Below, in pieces: positions 36,701-49,500 of a DNA stretch of 64,000 nt. The first letter of the stretch is position 1. Every line of letters begins with the position of its first letter. Below the pieces are notes generated by a model, which was given only the letters and a program-made list of their open reading frames with translations, was not told the DNA's origin and did no database searches. This DNA is from Lama glama (Eukaryota): contig CM052817.1 in NCBI GenBank assembly GCA_028534125.1, forward strand, positions 1 through 64,000, read 5' to 3'. The translations under genes and the position numbers were made by a program.

Positions 36701-39700
36701 CACCCTCTTCTCCAAGAAATTACGGTGCCAAGTTGGGGGCGGGGTCCCACCAGCGGCCCTGGGCCATTTTACTGTGAGAGTTCCTGAGAGTTCACGTTTG
36801 GAGACTGCTTTCCTCCCTGAGCGTGTGAGGAGCTGTCCTCTTGGGTGGACGCTGGAATCAGCGGCCTTTAGGGTTAGTGCGTGGAGTTTGCGTGTCACGT
36901 GGAGCAGACCTGACAGTGGGTCCGTGTTCGCAGTGCACACACCCGGCCGTCTGCTCCAGCTCCTACCATCCAGAGCTGCTTTTGTGGCCGCCACGTCGTC
37001 TGGCTGCCCCATGGCCTCCTCGGTATCCTCTCATCAGCTGAAGTATGGTCGCTTCTCCACTGTTGAGCTTTCTGGTTTTGCCCGGTATCTGCAGCTTCTC
37101 CCTCTTTGTCCTAACACTGACCCAGCTTTGGGTCCTGGGGTTGCCCCAGCCCTGTGCTCGCCTCATTCGTGAAACCATCTTTGCTCCCACTCTGCACTTG
37201 ATTACGGGTCTGATTCCTGAATGTCTCCTGCAGGCGCTGATGACAGGGAGCCTCCCCGGCTTCATCGATGTCGTCAGGAACCTCAATTCTCCCACACTGC
37301 TGGAAGACAGCGTGATCTCACGGGCAAGAGCAGCTGGGAAAAGAATCGTCTTTTATGGGGATGAAACATGGGTGAAATTATTTCCAAAGCATTTTGTGGA
37401 ATATGATGGAACAACCTCATTTTTCGTATCAGATTATACAGAGGTCAGTTTTTAAGAAAAATATGCCCTCTTACTTAGTGAGAGGCAACATTGTTCTGTA
37501 TGTGGCTTCTATTAGTATGTTGGGAACAGTATGGAGGAATTGGAACAACCGTTCCTTCCGTAACCAGCTACAGGCAAGGAACGTAAATCCTGGCGCAGGT
37601 GCGAGCGTAGTGCTCTGAGCCGGAGCCCAGGCCAGCTGCTCACCTGCTGCTCACAGGTGCTGAGGTTGGGGAGGCCTCCTGGGAGGAACCGCTCAATCTG
37701 AGCTTTGACAGTTGAGTGGGGCCTTTGCCAGTGGACAGGATGGGGTGGCAGCATCTGTACGAGGCAGAGCCCGAGGACCCCATGGTCGGTCTGGGATCCT
37801 CCTCACTGTGCAGTGGCAAGAGGGCAGAAGTGAGTTGGGTGGAGCTGGTCCTGAGAGGTGGCAGCCCTGTGCTGGGCATGCAGCCTCCAACAAGGAAAAA
37901 AGAAGCGTGATTCAACCTGCGGTGAGAAAGTTGGCCCGGGGGCGGAGGGAGGCCCACAGGGCAGAGGCACCCACACACCTGGGCTGGCGTTGGGTGGATG
38001 CCTCGCACCACCCTTGCCTGCTTGCTGGGCCTGGGGGAACATCTGCAGTCCTGCCACACCAAGCCGAGCAGTGTGAACACAGCAGTTACTGCCCATCCTG
38101 TGTGTACACTCTGAAGTTCTTCTCTCTGTAGTAGGTTTTTCATGGGGAGGGAGGGGCCAGGTGAAGAGTTAGGCTGACGGGGCTGAAGCTCTGTCAGGGG
38201 CTGTAACTGCGAGTCACCGAGGGCTGCGTGCCTTCTTCGGAACAGCCTTGTAGGCACACGAGATGCCCTCAGCTGCCCCTGCTCCTCCCCTGCACTCTGG
38301 GTGCTGCCCTGTCTTAGCTCACTGCCCTTAGTAGCCTCATAGCAACTTGGCACCTGTTGAACTTGGTCACTGGTTACTTCCGCTTAAGCTCTGGTAGTGA
38401 CCCCACGAAACTGTTTTGTCAGAACAGCCCATGTTCATTTGAATTACAATTTGTCCTATCTACAGCTTAGAGACATTAAAAACAGTATTAGTGAAAGCTT
38501 AAGCTAATGCAAACATTTTTAAAGACAGTTTTTACTTGGGGGTTTCTTTTTTTAAGTCTTTTCAAACTCCCATGAGTCCAGTTACCTAACATAAACCCCT
38601 CATTTTTATAACAACCACATCCCTTTCCCTTGAAGGGTGAACTCAGGGGACTTCAGGGAGTTCTTCATGTGTAATTTTTCCCCTATCAAGGTGGATGATA
38701 ATGTTACAAGGCATTTGGATAAAGTATTAAAAAGGCGGGACTGGGACATGTTAATCCTCCACTACCTCGGGCTGGACCACATCGGCCACATTTCTGGGCC
38801 CAGCAGCCCACTGATCGGGCACAAGCTCAGCGAGATGGACGGCGTCCTGATGAAGGTCCACACCTCGCTGCTGTCCGAGGTGAGGTGCGCTGCGTGGGCC
38901 TTGGGTGTCAGGGCGCCAGTATTTCCTAGAGGAAGTAAAGCTCCTAACGTGAAGTCGGGTGACCTTGCGTGAACCTCACCCCCACCGGCACTCAAGCAGC
39001 CCTCACCTACGAGCACGTGCCCTGTGCTGACACCATCTCCCCGCAGCCCTGTGGAATAGCAGCTCTTACCTCTCCCTGTTCATCACAGATGTTTCCTGAG
39101 TGCCTCCTCTGCCACCGTCCCTCTCTGGGCACAGAATCTGAGAGAAAAGCCATAATTTAAAATGGTGTGTTGAGAGCAGTGGTCCTTGAGGATGTGTGAG
39201 TTGTGAGCAGAGATTGAAGGGGGTGGTAGGGCCAAGGCGCCACCTGTGCAGGTGTGTTCCAGGCTGAGAAGCAGCGATGGAAGCCAGAGCCTACAGGCAA
39301 ATCCAGGGGCAGCCGCGGCCGCTGCTGGGCCCCAGGGGTGGCTCTGTTTGACAGACAAGGGGGCGGGGGCCCCGGCTCCTACAGCTTGGAGTCACGGAGA
39401 CAGAAACCAAACCCAGATCCTCTGCCCTGAGAGGCTGAACACAGCCCTTCTGTGCTCTGACCTCCACATGATTCCATCTGTTTTGTTTACAATTCACTTG
39501 ACTTTGACCCTTGATCTGGCAATGAGCTCCTAGGTTAAAAAAAAGGAAAACCAACTCACTTAGAAAGAGCTACAATTTATAAAATAAAACTAAAATCTGA
39601 AGTTGTTTTCTTAACAAGATGGTGTGTCTTCCTCGGTCTGGGTATACTGGAAATACTTTTCCGTTACTTCGCAGGAGAGAGAGACTCTGGTACCCAATCT

Positions 39701-42700
39701 GCTGGTTCTTTGTGCAGACCACGGCATGGCTGAAACAGGGGGTCATGGGGCCTCTTCCCCGGAGGAAGTGAACACCCCTCTGGTCCTAATCAGCTCTGCA
39801 TTTGGAAGGAAACATGGTGAGACTCTGGGGATGTTTAACTCTAAAACTGTATTTTCTCCATTTTCTATAGTCTGATTTTTTTTTAATTTAAATAAATTTG
39901 TTTTGTTTTGTTTTACCACTTGATTTTAGTTTTATTTTTTTCAATTAATTTTTTTAGGATTCTTTATTTATTTTGTGTATATATATATATATATTTTTTT
40001 TGTGTGTGTGTTTTTTTTGGAAGTGCAATCAGTTTACAGTGTTGTGTCAATTTCTGGTATATAGCACCATGCTTCAGTTATACATGAACATATATTCATT
40101 TTCATACTCTTTTCACCATAAGTTACTACAAGATATTGAATACAGTTTCCTGTGCTATACAGTATAAATTTACTGTTCATCTATTCTATATATATCAGTT
40201 AGCATCTGCAAATCTCTAACTCTCATTTTATCCCCTCCCACCCTCTCCCCCTCGGCAACTGTAAGTTTGTTCTCTGTGTCTGAGAGTCTGCTTCTGGTTT
40301 GCAAGTAAGTTCGTTTGTCTTTTTTTTAGATTCCACATATAAGTGATATCATATGGTAGTTTTCTTTCTCTTTCTGGCTTAATTCACTTAGAATAACAAT
40401 CTCCAGGTCTATCCATGCTGCTGCAAGTGGCATTATTTTTATGGCAGAGTACTATTCCACTGTATAAATATACCAAACCTTCTTTATTCAGTCATCTGTC
40501 GATGGACATTTAGGTTGTTTCCATGTGTTGGCTATTGTAAATAGTGCATGTGTGTTTTCGAATTAGAGTTTCCTCCAGATGTATGCCCAGAAGTGGGATT
40601 GCTGGATCACATGATAAGTGAATTTTTAGTCTTTTGAGGGATCTCCATACTGTTTTGCACAGTGGCTGCACCAAACTGCATTCCCACCAGCAGTGTAGGA
40701 GGGCTCCCTTCTCTCCACAGCCTCTCCAGCATTTATCGTTTGTGGGCTTTAAAATGTCGGCCATTCTGACTGGTGTGAGGTGACACCTCATTGTAGTTTT
40801 GATTTGCATTTCTCTGATAATTAGCGATATTGAGCATTTTTTCATGTGCATGTTGGCCATTTGTCTGTCTTCATTGGAGAAATGCTTGTTTAGGTCTTCT
40901 GCCCATTTTTGGATGGGGTTGTTTGGTTTTTTCTTATTAAGTTGTATGAGCTGATTATAGTTTTAAAAACAACCTTTTTGGAAGCAGTTTAAGTTTGAAA
41001 ACCCTGAGCGGTGTGAGGATGAAAACTAACAGCGTGAGGGCCGGTCAAGCTTTGGACTTTACATCTCTTGCCCTGATTCTTCAAATACAAATATTCTTTT
41101 CAGGAATTTTGTGGTGTGACTGTCATGGCCTAGGTGTCTGGAACTGTTCATAAGAAGTGCTGGCAGCTTAGAGACTTCAGAACCGCGTGTGCAAATTGAG
41201 AGAAACATAAAAAATTAAACTTTTAAAGAGTGTCCATTATTTGAACCTATATACTGAATAGCAGTGTCAGCAAGTCACAGGACTAGCTCGAGGGCCTACC
41301 CGTGGCTCTCTGGCTCAGATTCACCAGCCCTTTGCACTTGGCTGGCCGTCTGGCTCCCCACCCTTGATCTAGGCCTCACGAGTGTTCCCACGCTGGACGC
41401 TGGCTCCCTCCCTCAAGACCCCTCAGTTCCAGTGGGCAGGCTGACCCCCCACCCTGGGGCCTCCCATTTGTCTGGTTTCCCTCTGACCTCTCCCGGGTCG
41501 TGTCGTCTCTGCGGGCTTAGTGCCCTCGCCTCTTTTCTGGGCGGCCTCTTTCACTCTGCGTTCACTCCTCACTCCAGTAGACCTCGTCTACTTCCATGGG
41601 AGGGGCACAGCTGTCACATCTGTCCCTCCAGCTGTCTCCTCTTTCCTCTGTCTAGACTGTCTGCCCAGCTGCCTGCTGACGCACCTGTGTGGCCCTCCCA
41701 CACCTGGAGTGCGTGGGATAACTGCACCTCTGGTCTGCCCCCAACTACCCGTTCTTTAGGATAGAAGCCTGGTGTCCTCCTTTGCTCCTTCCACATGCTG
41801 GGCCAGCCCCATCTCCCACACATACCACCTTTCAGTAGCTGAACCTCACATACAGTGAAACTCCTACGTGAGGCTCCCTGCCTACCTCATTGCTTTGTCC
41901 TGAGCCGCGTTCCCCATTACTCACCGTATCCGGGCCTCCCACAGGTCCTCCAGGTGACAAGCTTTTCCTCACGTGGCCTGACCCCGTCATCCACAGCCCC
42001 TCAGCCTGTTCTCACATTTGTCCTTGGTCTCACCCATCAGCTTCTCTGGGGGGCTGTGTGCATGCTCTGAATCCAGAGGGGCGGGGGGGTTGACTTGACC
42101 TCTCCAAAGTGAATGTGCCTCTGCATCCACTGGGCTCCCTCTACCTCAGTGTCTACCCCACACTCCGAAACTCACGCGTTACAGAGTTCCTCATGCTAGT
42201 ATCCCTCCCTTGTATATGTGCTACTCTGGGGAAGGCACCAGGCTCCGCGTACAGTGAGTGTTGTGTAAATTTATTGACATAGAAAACAACGAGGTGATTT
42301 CTGTCTGAATCTACACGGAACAGTTTGTGGAGATGGGTGATTTGATTTACACTGCTGTAGAAGGTCAGATTCAGGAGTGACTACCATCATACACACCCTC
42401 GAGCCTGTCACTTAAACCGTCTCCTTTCTTCTAGGTGACATCAGACACCCAAAGCGCGTCCAGCAGACTGACTTAGCTGCAACCCTGTCCATAGGGCTTG
42501 GTCTGCCGATTCCAGAGAACAGCGTGGGCAGTCTCCTGTTCCCAGTTGTAGAAGGAAAACCAATGAGAGAACAACTGAGATTTTTGCATTTAAATACAGT
42601 ACAGCTTAGCAAGTTGTTGCAAGAGAATGTACCATCTTATAAGAAAGGTGAGCCAGTTAATGGTTGCTGACACCTGTTGCACTGTGTTTCTGCGTGCCTG

Positions 42701-43530
42701 GCGTTGTCCTGGTGTGTCCGTGGTGGGGCTTCAGCAGTCAGGCTGTGTGTTCTGTTTGATCAGGGCCCTGACTGTCGCCACTAGTGGTGCCTGCAGATGC
42801 ACTTGTCTAAAGCTGATTCTTTCATACATTTACTCATTCAGCAAATGTTGAGTTTTTTCAGTGTCCTGTTTGGCCAGGTACTGTGGAACGCACTCAAGAC
42901 ACAGCACAAGAGCTCTGCCCTCACAGAGCCAGTTGTCCGGAGGGAGGACAGAAAGGGGCAGTAAGTGTTGGACAGTGACAGTGCCTTAGGAAAAGGCTGA
43001 AGGTGGAAGAGGGGTGCAGGCGGTGAGGGCCATCGGGGTAGTCTGGCTTGGGAGCCTGGCAGGGGCGTCATGGCAGGCGCAAGGCCTAGTGTTGGGGACC
43101 TGCCGGCACATTCATGGAGTGACCGGGGGCCACAGTGTCTGGAGCAGAGTGAACTGGGGGCAGGCAGAAGGACCTGAGGCCTGAGGGTTGAAGGTTTCTC
43201 ACTTCCATTCTAAGTTAAGTGGGAGCTACTACAGGGTTCCGTGCAGAGCCTGACGTGTTCCCCTTGCATTTTCAGAGACTCTTTCAGGTGCCCGTGTGAC
43301 TTCAGAGACAGATGAGGGAGGGAGGGCCCAGGTAGTGGAATCTGGGACAAATGGTTGAATTCTCGCTACATTTTGAAGGTAGCGCAAACAGGATTTGCTG
43401 ATGCACTGGATATAAGGTGCATGCAAACCAGAGGTGTAAGGAACAACTTGGGGTTCTCAGCTGAGCAGTGAAAGGATGCAGTGGCCATGATCGAGGGAGA
43501 GAAGGCTGGAGGAAGGACGTGTTTGCAAGG

Positions 43531-43578
<48 letters not shown>

Positions 43579-46500
43579 CGCGGGTCGGGGGCAGGCTTGT
43601 TGAGGAAGCCAAGTAAAGAAAGAATTTCAAGAAGGAGGGTGTGAGGATGTGTTGAATGCTGCTCAAGGTAAAGTGAAGTGAGGAACTGAGAACTGACCCG
43701 TCCAACAGGTGAGGATCTCAGCGGCTGTGTGAGGAGGGGTTGGTTCACTGCTGTCCCGAAGAGGGAACCAGCGGCTGCCGGGGCTGGGCTCTGTCCACGA
43801 GCTGTGGCCAGCCCTGAAGTGAAGACTTAGCTCAGCGTTGGGGTAGGAGGGGCTTCCCAGGAGAGACTGTGAGGAAGGGACACAGTGAAAGAAGGGAGCT
43901 GATGGGGGTGGGGGTGGCCTGCCCCCCTCGGAAAAGTGGACGCAGTGGAGGAGGCTTCAGGCCACTCCTACCCAGTCCGTGCTCAGTGCCTGAGGGTTGG
44001 AAAGATTTTGTAAAGCCAAGGGCCTCTTAGTGCAGTGCCTTTCTGGGTTATTTTAACATTGCACCTTGAGGAAGCAAGTGGAGAGAGAAGGGGAGAGAGG
44101 TAAGCAGGAGGCAGAGGAAGACAGGGCCAAGTTGCGGGGTGTTGTGCGTGGCTGTGTGCCGAGGCCGTGGGAGGAGCTGACGTCAGAGCCTAGGCCAGCA
44201 TCGCTAGATGTTGCAGTTTTACTGAAGGTGTCGCTGACCACCGCCCCCCAAGGGGCAGTCAGGTGTCAGGCTTTGCTGTAAGCCGTAAGTAACGGAATGC
44301 TGTGAAATGGACGTGGGTGGCATGTCTGTGATCTGCGTACGTCGCCTTCTCTTCTTGTCAGACCCTGGATTCGAGCAGTTTAAAGTATCAGAGAGGCTGC
44401 ATGGGAACTGGATCAGGCTGTACTTGGAGGAGAGCTCCTCAGAAGTCCTTTTCAACCTGGGAAGCAAGCTGCGCAGGCAGTACTTGGATGCCCTGAGGAC
44501 CCTGAGCCTGTCCCTGAGCAGACAAATGGCCCAGTACGACGTCTACTCCATGGTGGTGGGGACTGTCGTGGTTCTGGAGGTATGGTCCTCGTGTGGAGTG
44601 GGGGCTTGGCTGGCAGGCCGATTGCATATCAGCCAGGATTCTGTAGTTTGAAGGATATGCAGCATCAGTGTTTCTGAAAAGGGAGAAGTGAGTGTCTCTG
44701 CTTGTTAGACTTTCGTGGGGCGTCCTGACACCCCGATGTCGTCAGGTGTCCCAGGGCCCTGCTCCACACCACTCGGTGCCCCTTCCTGGCAGCTCATGAC
44801 AAATCGTGTGTGTTGGGTCTCTGCTTTCTTTTCAGTTTCTGCCATTTGAACGATGATGCAGGGTCAAGAGACGGGCTTCTTCTATGCAGGCTTCTCCACA
44901 CCCAGCAGCCGTTGACGCTGCTGTTGTGTTCCTGTTCCAGGTTCTCACCCTGCTCCTGCTCAGCATCCCACAAGCGCTGAGCAGCAAGGCTGAGCTGGAT
45001 GTCCCTCTCTTGTCGCCTGTGTTTTCGCTGCTCTTTTACCTGGTACTCCTGGTTCTCTCGGCCCTGCATGTCATCGTGTGCACCTCTGCTGGCAGTCAGT
45101 GCTACCTGTGCAGCCTCTCGTGGCCGGCAGCCGGTGGAGTGATGGTGCTGATCTCCACGCTGCTCTGTGCAGTCACATCTGCTCTCGCCAAGACGCTCGC
45201 CCGTGGGAAGCTTCTGAGTCAGGTAGGGCTGGGCCCTGCAGACACAGCAGTGTCTTTTTGGGTAGGCCTTTTCAGGTTATTTCAGCTGATCAGACGTTGG
45301 TTGAACCCCTGGTGTGGACCAGGCACAGTGCTGGTGGGAGCCGAGGAAAGGGGCCTGCCCTTCCTAGAAGCCAACAGGATGTGCTCACAGCAGCAGGTCT
45401 CCCGGGCCCCTGAGCACCCTGACTTTAGTCTCTCAGACCTGTGTTGTCGGGTCTCATGCTTCCATCCGAGTTGAAGAGACAAGTCCCCTGACTGTACCCA
45501 GGGAACGCACACAGCTGCTGGGCCGCTGACTGATGGGGAAGTGTTTGAATCAGAGGCTGCATTTGAGCGCAGCCAAGGGAAGGGCGTTACCGGGAGGAAG
45601 GCGTCAACCCCTTAACACTCCAGGGAGGTCAAAAGGAGTCTCAGACCCTATCCTCATTCTGCTTCATAAATGCAGTTTGCTTTCCGAGACTGGCACTTTG
45701 CTTTAGAATCCTTACAGCCTTCAGCCTCTGACACCTTCCTGCATCAGCTGGTTGTGGTGGCAGGGCGGCAAGGAGGAGATGGGCAGTCCTTTCAGGCCAC
45801 AGCGCCCAGGGCCCAGGGGACCCAGTGCAGGGACTCGTCACAGGGGCCGCAGATACCCCCGGCCCGCGTGCCCATGGCTGAGCAGCTGGTGTGTTGTCGT
45901 TCACAACACCTATCTCCCTGCTCACACGTGGGGCTCTCCGGGGCCTGACGAGGTTCACAGCACCTCTCCATTGTGTACTAGCTGCACACGATTAGTAGAA
46001 TGAATGTTGAGTTGTTACCAATGACAGCGTCAAGTCCTCATCTTCACCTTTAAATGCCTGAAGTTAGTATATGTAAGGAATAGCCCTGTGATCCAACCTT
46101 GTCATTTCAATAAAGTTGACTGTTGAAGTGGGAACTCCCCGGATTTCAGGAAAATTCATGGGGAAATTAGATGTCTGGTTTGGTGGAATATGTCCTTGGG
46201 GTTCTCTGAGTTCAGGTAGCGGGAACCGACTCTGAAAAGGTGAGGACGAGGGCCTGGAAGGGTCCCGGAGCCGGTGGGCGAGCCATCTGACCCGGGCCCT
46301 GTCGAGGCGATGTGGGTCCAGACATCTTCAGTCTCGCTGTCACTCAGCTTAGGGCTTGCAGTCCAGGGTGAGGCCTGCCCTACTGTCCCCATGACCTCCC
46401 TGCAGCACCCCAGGCTGATGGGCCGTTCCGCCGAGCAGGCTGGGTGGGGTCCTGTGTGGGAACCAGCAGGTGTCTGCCACAGCAGGCTGTGTTCTGTGGC

Positions 46501-49500
46501 ACCTGCAGCAGGACAGCTGCACCTTTCAGCCAGACCTCCCCTTACACAGCACGGTTTCCTTTTTGCAGACTCCAGCTCGTTCCAGCTCAAGGCGGTCGGA
46601 GTTAGATCTTCTTATCTTGTTGGGGACTGTGGGCCATGTCCTGAGTCTGGGTGCGAGCAGCTTCATCGAAGAGGAGCACCAGACCTGGTACTTCCTTGTC
46701 AACACCCTGTGCCTGGCCCTGTGTCGCGAAGTCTGCAGAAGCTGCTTTCTGGGAGACGACTGTGGGCCTCAGCACGGCTTACACGCAGAGGAGGAACCTG
46801 AAGGTGCCACACCAGCCCTGCAGGCCAAGAGAGCTGGCTGCAGCGTGCTAGAGCTCGACACGGTGTCCAAGGGCCCCTCTCCTGTGGAGGTGCCCAGCGG
46901 CTGTGAGAGGTGGATGGTGCTGGCAAGCCCGTGGCTGGTACTCACCTGCTGCCGGCTGCTGCGGTCTCTGAACCAGACGGGCGTGCAGTGGGCCCACCGG
47001 CCTGACCTGGGGCACTGGCTCACCAGGTGAGAGCAGAGCATGGCCTCGGGCCAGACCTCCCATAGCCGACCGGCCATATGCAGTGTCTCCTTTTTCAAGT
47101 TGTAGGCCTAGTTTTTATATTCAGGATAGACATGGTATTTGGGGCCTGAAGAAATAGAAAAATGACCATGAATTCATGTTGAAAGGTGAATTTATTTGAG
47201 GCTGCCCTAATATGTTGGGTTTTTTTAGTGCTAAAATCACTGTAATTGTTCATGTTTGAAAACCTGCAAGTTTAAAATGGTAATTGCAGCAAGGGTGTAG
47301 TTGGTCCCTGCTGCCTTGTCCCAAATGGTGCAAGGCACGTGTGTCCACCCCCCTTTTCTCTCCCCACCCCCGAAAAGGGCAGCTGTGTTGGTTGGAGCCA
47401 GTGGGTGAGCCTTCAGCCCTGCAAAGCCTCTCGAACGGCTGGAAAGCCCAGTAGAAAGCACAGCAGACAGAGAGGAGTAAAGCAATGAGAGGAAACTAGG
47501 GCAGAAAAGACCGAGACTTTGGCTAACTCATGCATTTTAACAGTCAGCGAAGGCTTAGAAATCTCAACAAAGGGGAGAACAGCAAAATGAAAAAGTGTTT
47601 CCGAGAGAGACAAACGAAGGTCACTGTCTGGTTGCTGTGAAGAACTTCTGTAAAAATTACCAACAGGAAGGGGGCTCAGGAGAATAACACACATTCCTAG
47701 AGGAGGAAGTGCCAAAGGAAAGAGAGGGAAAATGCTCAGTTCTGCTAGAAATTAGGGAACTTCAGCTAAATAACAGCACACAATTTCATAACTAATGAGG
47801 TACAGAAACCAAAGGAAGGGATAAAGTCTCGGTGAGCACTGGAGGGTCCTAGGACCACACACTGGCACAGCCTTTTTGGAAGATACCTGGGATTGTACCT
47901 CAAAGGCTGTAAAATTATTTTTCCTCTGGCTAAATAATTCCTGTGGTGAATTTCTCCCCAGTATTAACTGTATTAGCAAACCCTTGGCAACCACAGTGAC
48001 CACAGGTAGCATTTTTGGGTGCCTGCTGTGTGCCCGCTCATTTCCTTTTCACAGCAGCCCTGAAGAGAGGATGATGGCCCATCCCTACTTAGGGTGAGGA
48101 GGCAGAGGGGAGTTAGGGCATCATCAAGAGTGAGAGGCCTTGCTGGGTGTCATGGCCAGAGCATGTGAGGGTGAGAGCGCTGAGGCGGCACAGGGACCAC
48201 ACTTCTTACTCTCCTGGGAAACCGACACACCACAGGAGGATCTGCTGATTTCCATCCCTAGATAAGGCGCATGCAGTGGTGCCCCCACAAGCCCTGCCCC
48301 CTCTCCAGGTGCAGCTGTGTCCGCATCTCGGTCTGGATCCCCTTCCAGCACACTGGACCCCAGCCCTTTCCACCAGTTTGTGAAGAGGCTGCAGTGTTCT
48401 CCACAGCAGAGCCGCCGTGAGATCCCCAAAGTCGCCTTCTCTGTTGTCATTTGTGACAGTTAGCAATCTGGGATTTGCATAAAGCGTACAGTTTACAGAG
48501 CAACAAGAAGTGGACCCGGCAGTGCCAGGCCCCAGTGTGGCCCCCATCCTCATCTGCCGTCCTCAGGACCCATGTCCTGACACTGGCTACACCTTTCTTC
48601 TGCATCTTCCCACACAGTTTTTCCTATCAGTGTGTACCCCCTGGCAGACTGTTGAGTGTTTGGGCTCTGTGAGTAGGGCTGCAGTGAATAAAACAGAAAA
48701 GACCATGCCTCCACAGTGAGGCGCCCCCGAGGTAGCAGGGGTGGTGGGCAAGGCTAGGTAGAGAGAGGGGACTGGCCTGCCCTGGACAGCTGTGTGCCCC
48801 ACTGCCCCCCAAAGTCTTCCGCCTGGGAGGGGGCATACACTTATGTGAGACCATCTGCGTTACGAGTGACTGGAAGAGGTTGGCAGCAGGGCATGTGTGT
48901 CTCCCATGAGTAGGGTGAGCTGCCCAGAGCCTCTTCACCTGTGGTTGGGGAAAGTGGGGCTGCCCCAGAGAGGGCACCGGAGAGACAGCAGACACAGTTT
49001 TAAAGATGTCACCATTCTGGCCGGTGCGGAGCTGATGATGGCTGACACTTGAGAGCGAGCAGTGGAAGTGCAGGGGACTAGCCCTTTATTTGTTCCATTG
49101 GAAGAACTTGTTTGAATTTAAATAACCAACAGGTTCCTTTTTCACTTTTTAGGAAGATCAGCTCTTTTTAGCACAGTTCTTAGAAGGCACTTGGTGTAGA
49201 TCCGTAACATCGCTAGCCATAGTCGCTAGTAATTTGGGCATTCTCCATTTCTTTTCAGCTCTGATCATAAAGCTGAGCTCTCTGTTCTGGCTGCACTTTC
49301 CCTCATCATGATTTTTGCGTTGGTTCAGAGGAGGTGCTCCCCTGCATCAAAAGTGGCCATGGCGTTTGGCCTGCTGGGCGTCTACTGCTACCGGGCAGCC
49401 ATTGGAAATGTACTGTTCCCATGGCAACAAGACAACAAAGACATTTCAAAGTAAGTGTACTGGCAGATGTGAGCATTTGCCTTTAGATCCAGTCTAGCGT

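Noticed and set aside
37640..38353. 237-aa minus-strand ORF in PIGG intron 3 (similarly 56445-57077 and 26976-27623)
   Set aside because: GC-rich or microsatellite-derived open frames with no homology I can recognise.
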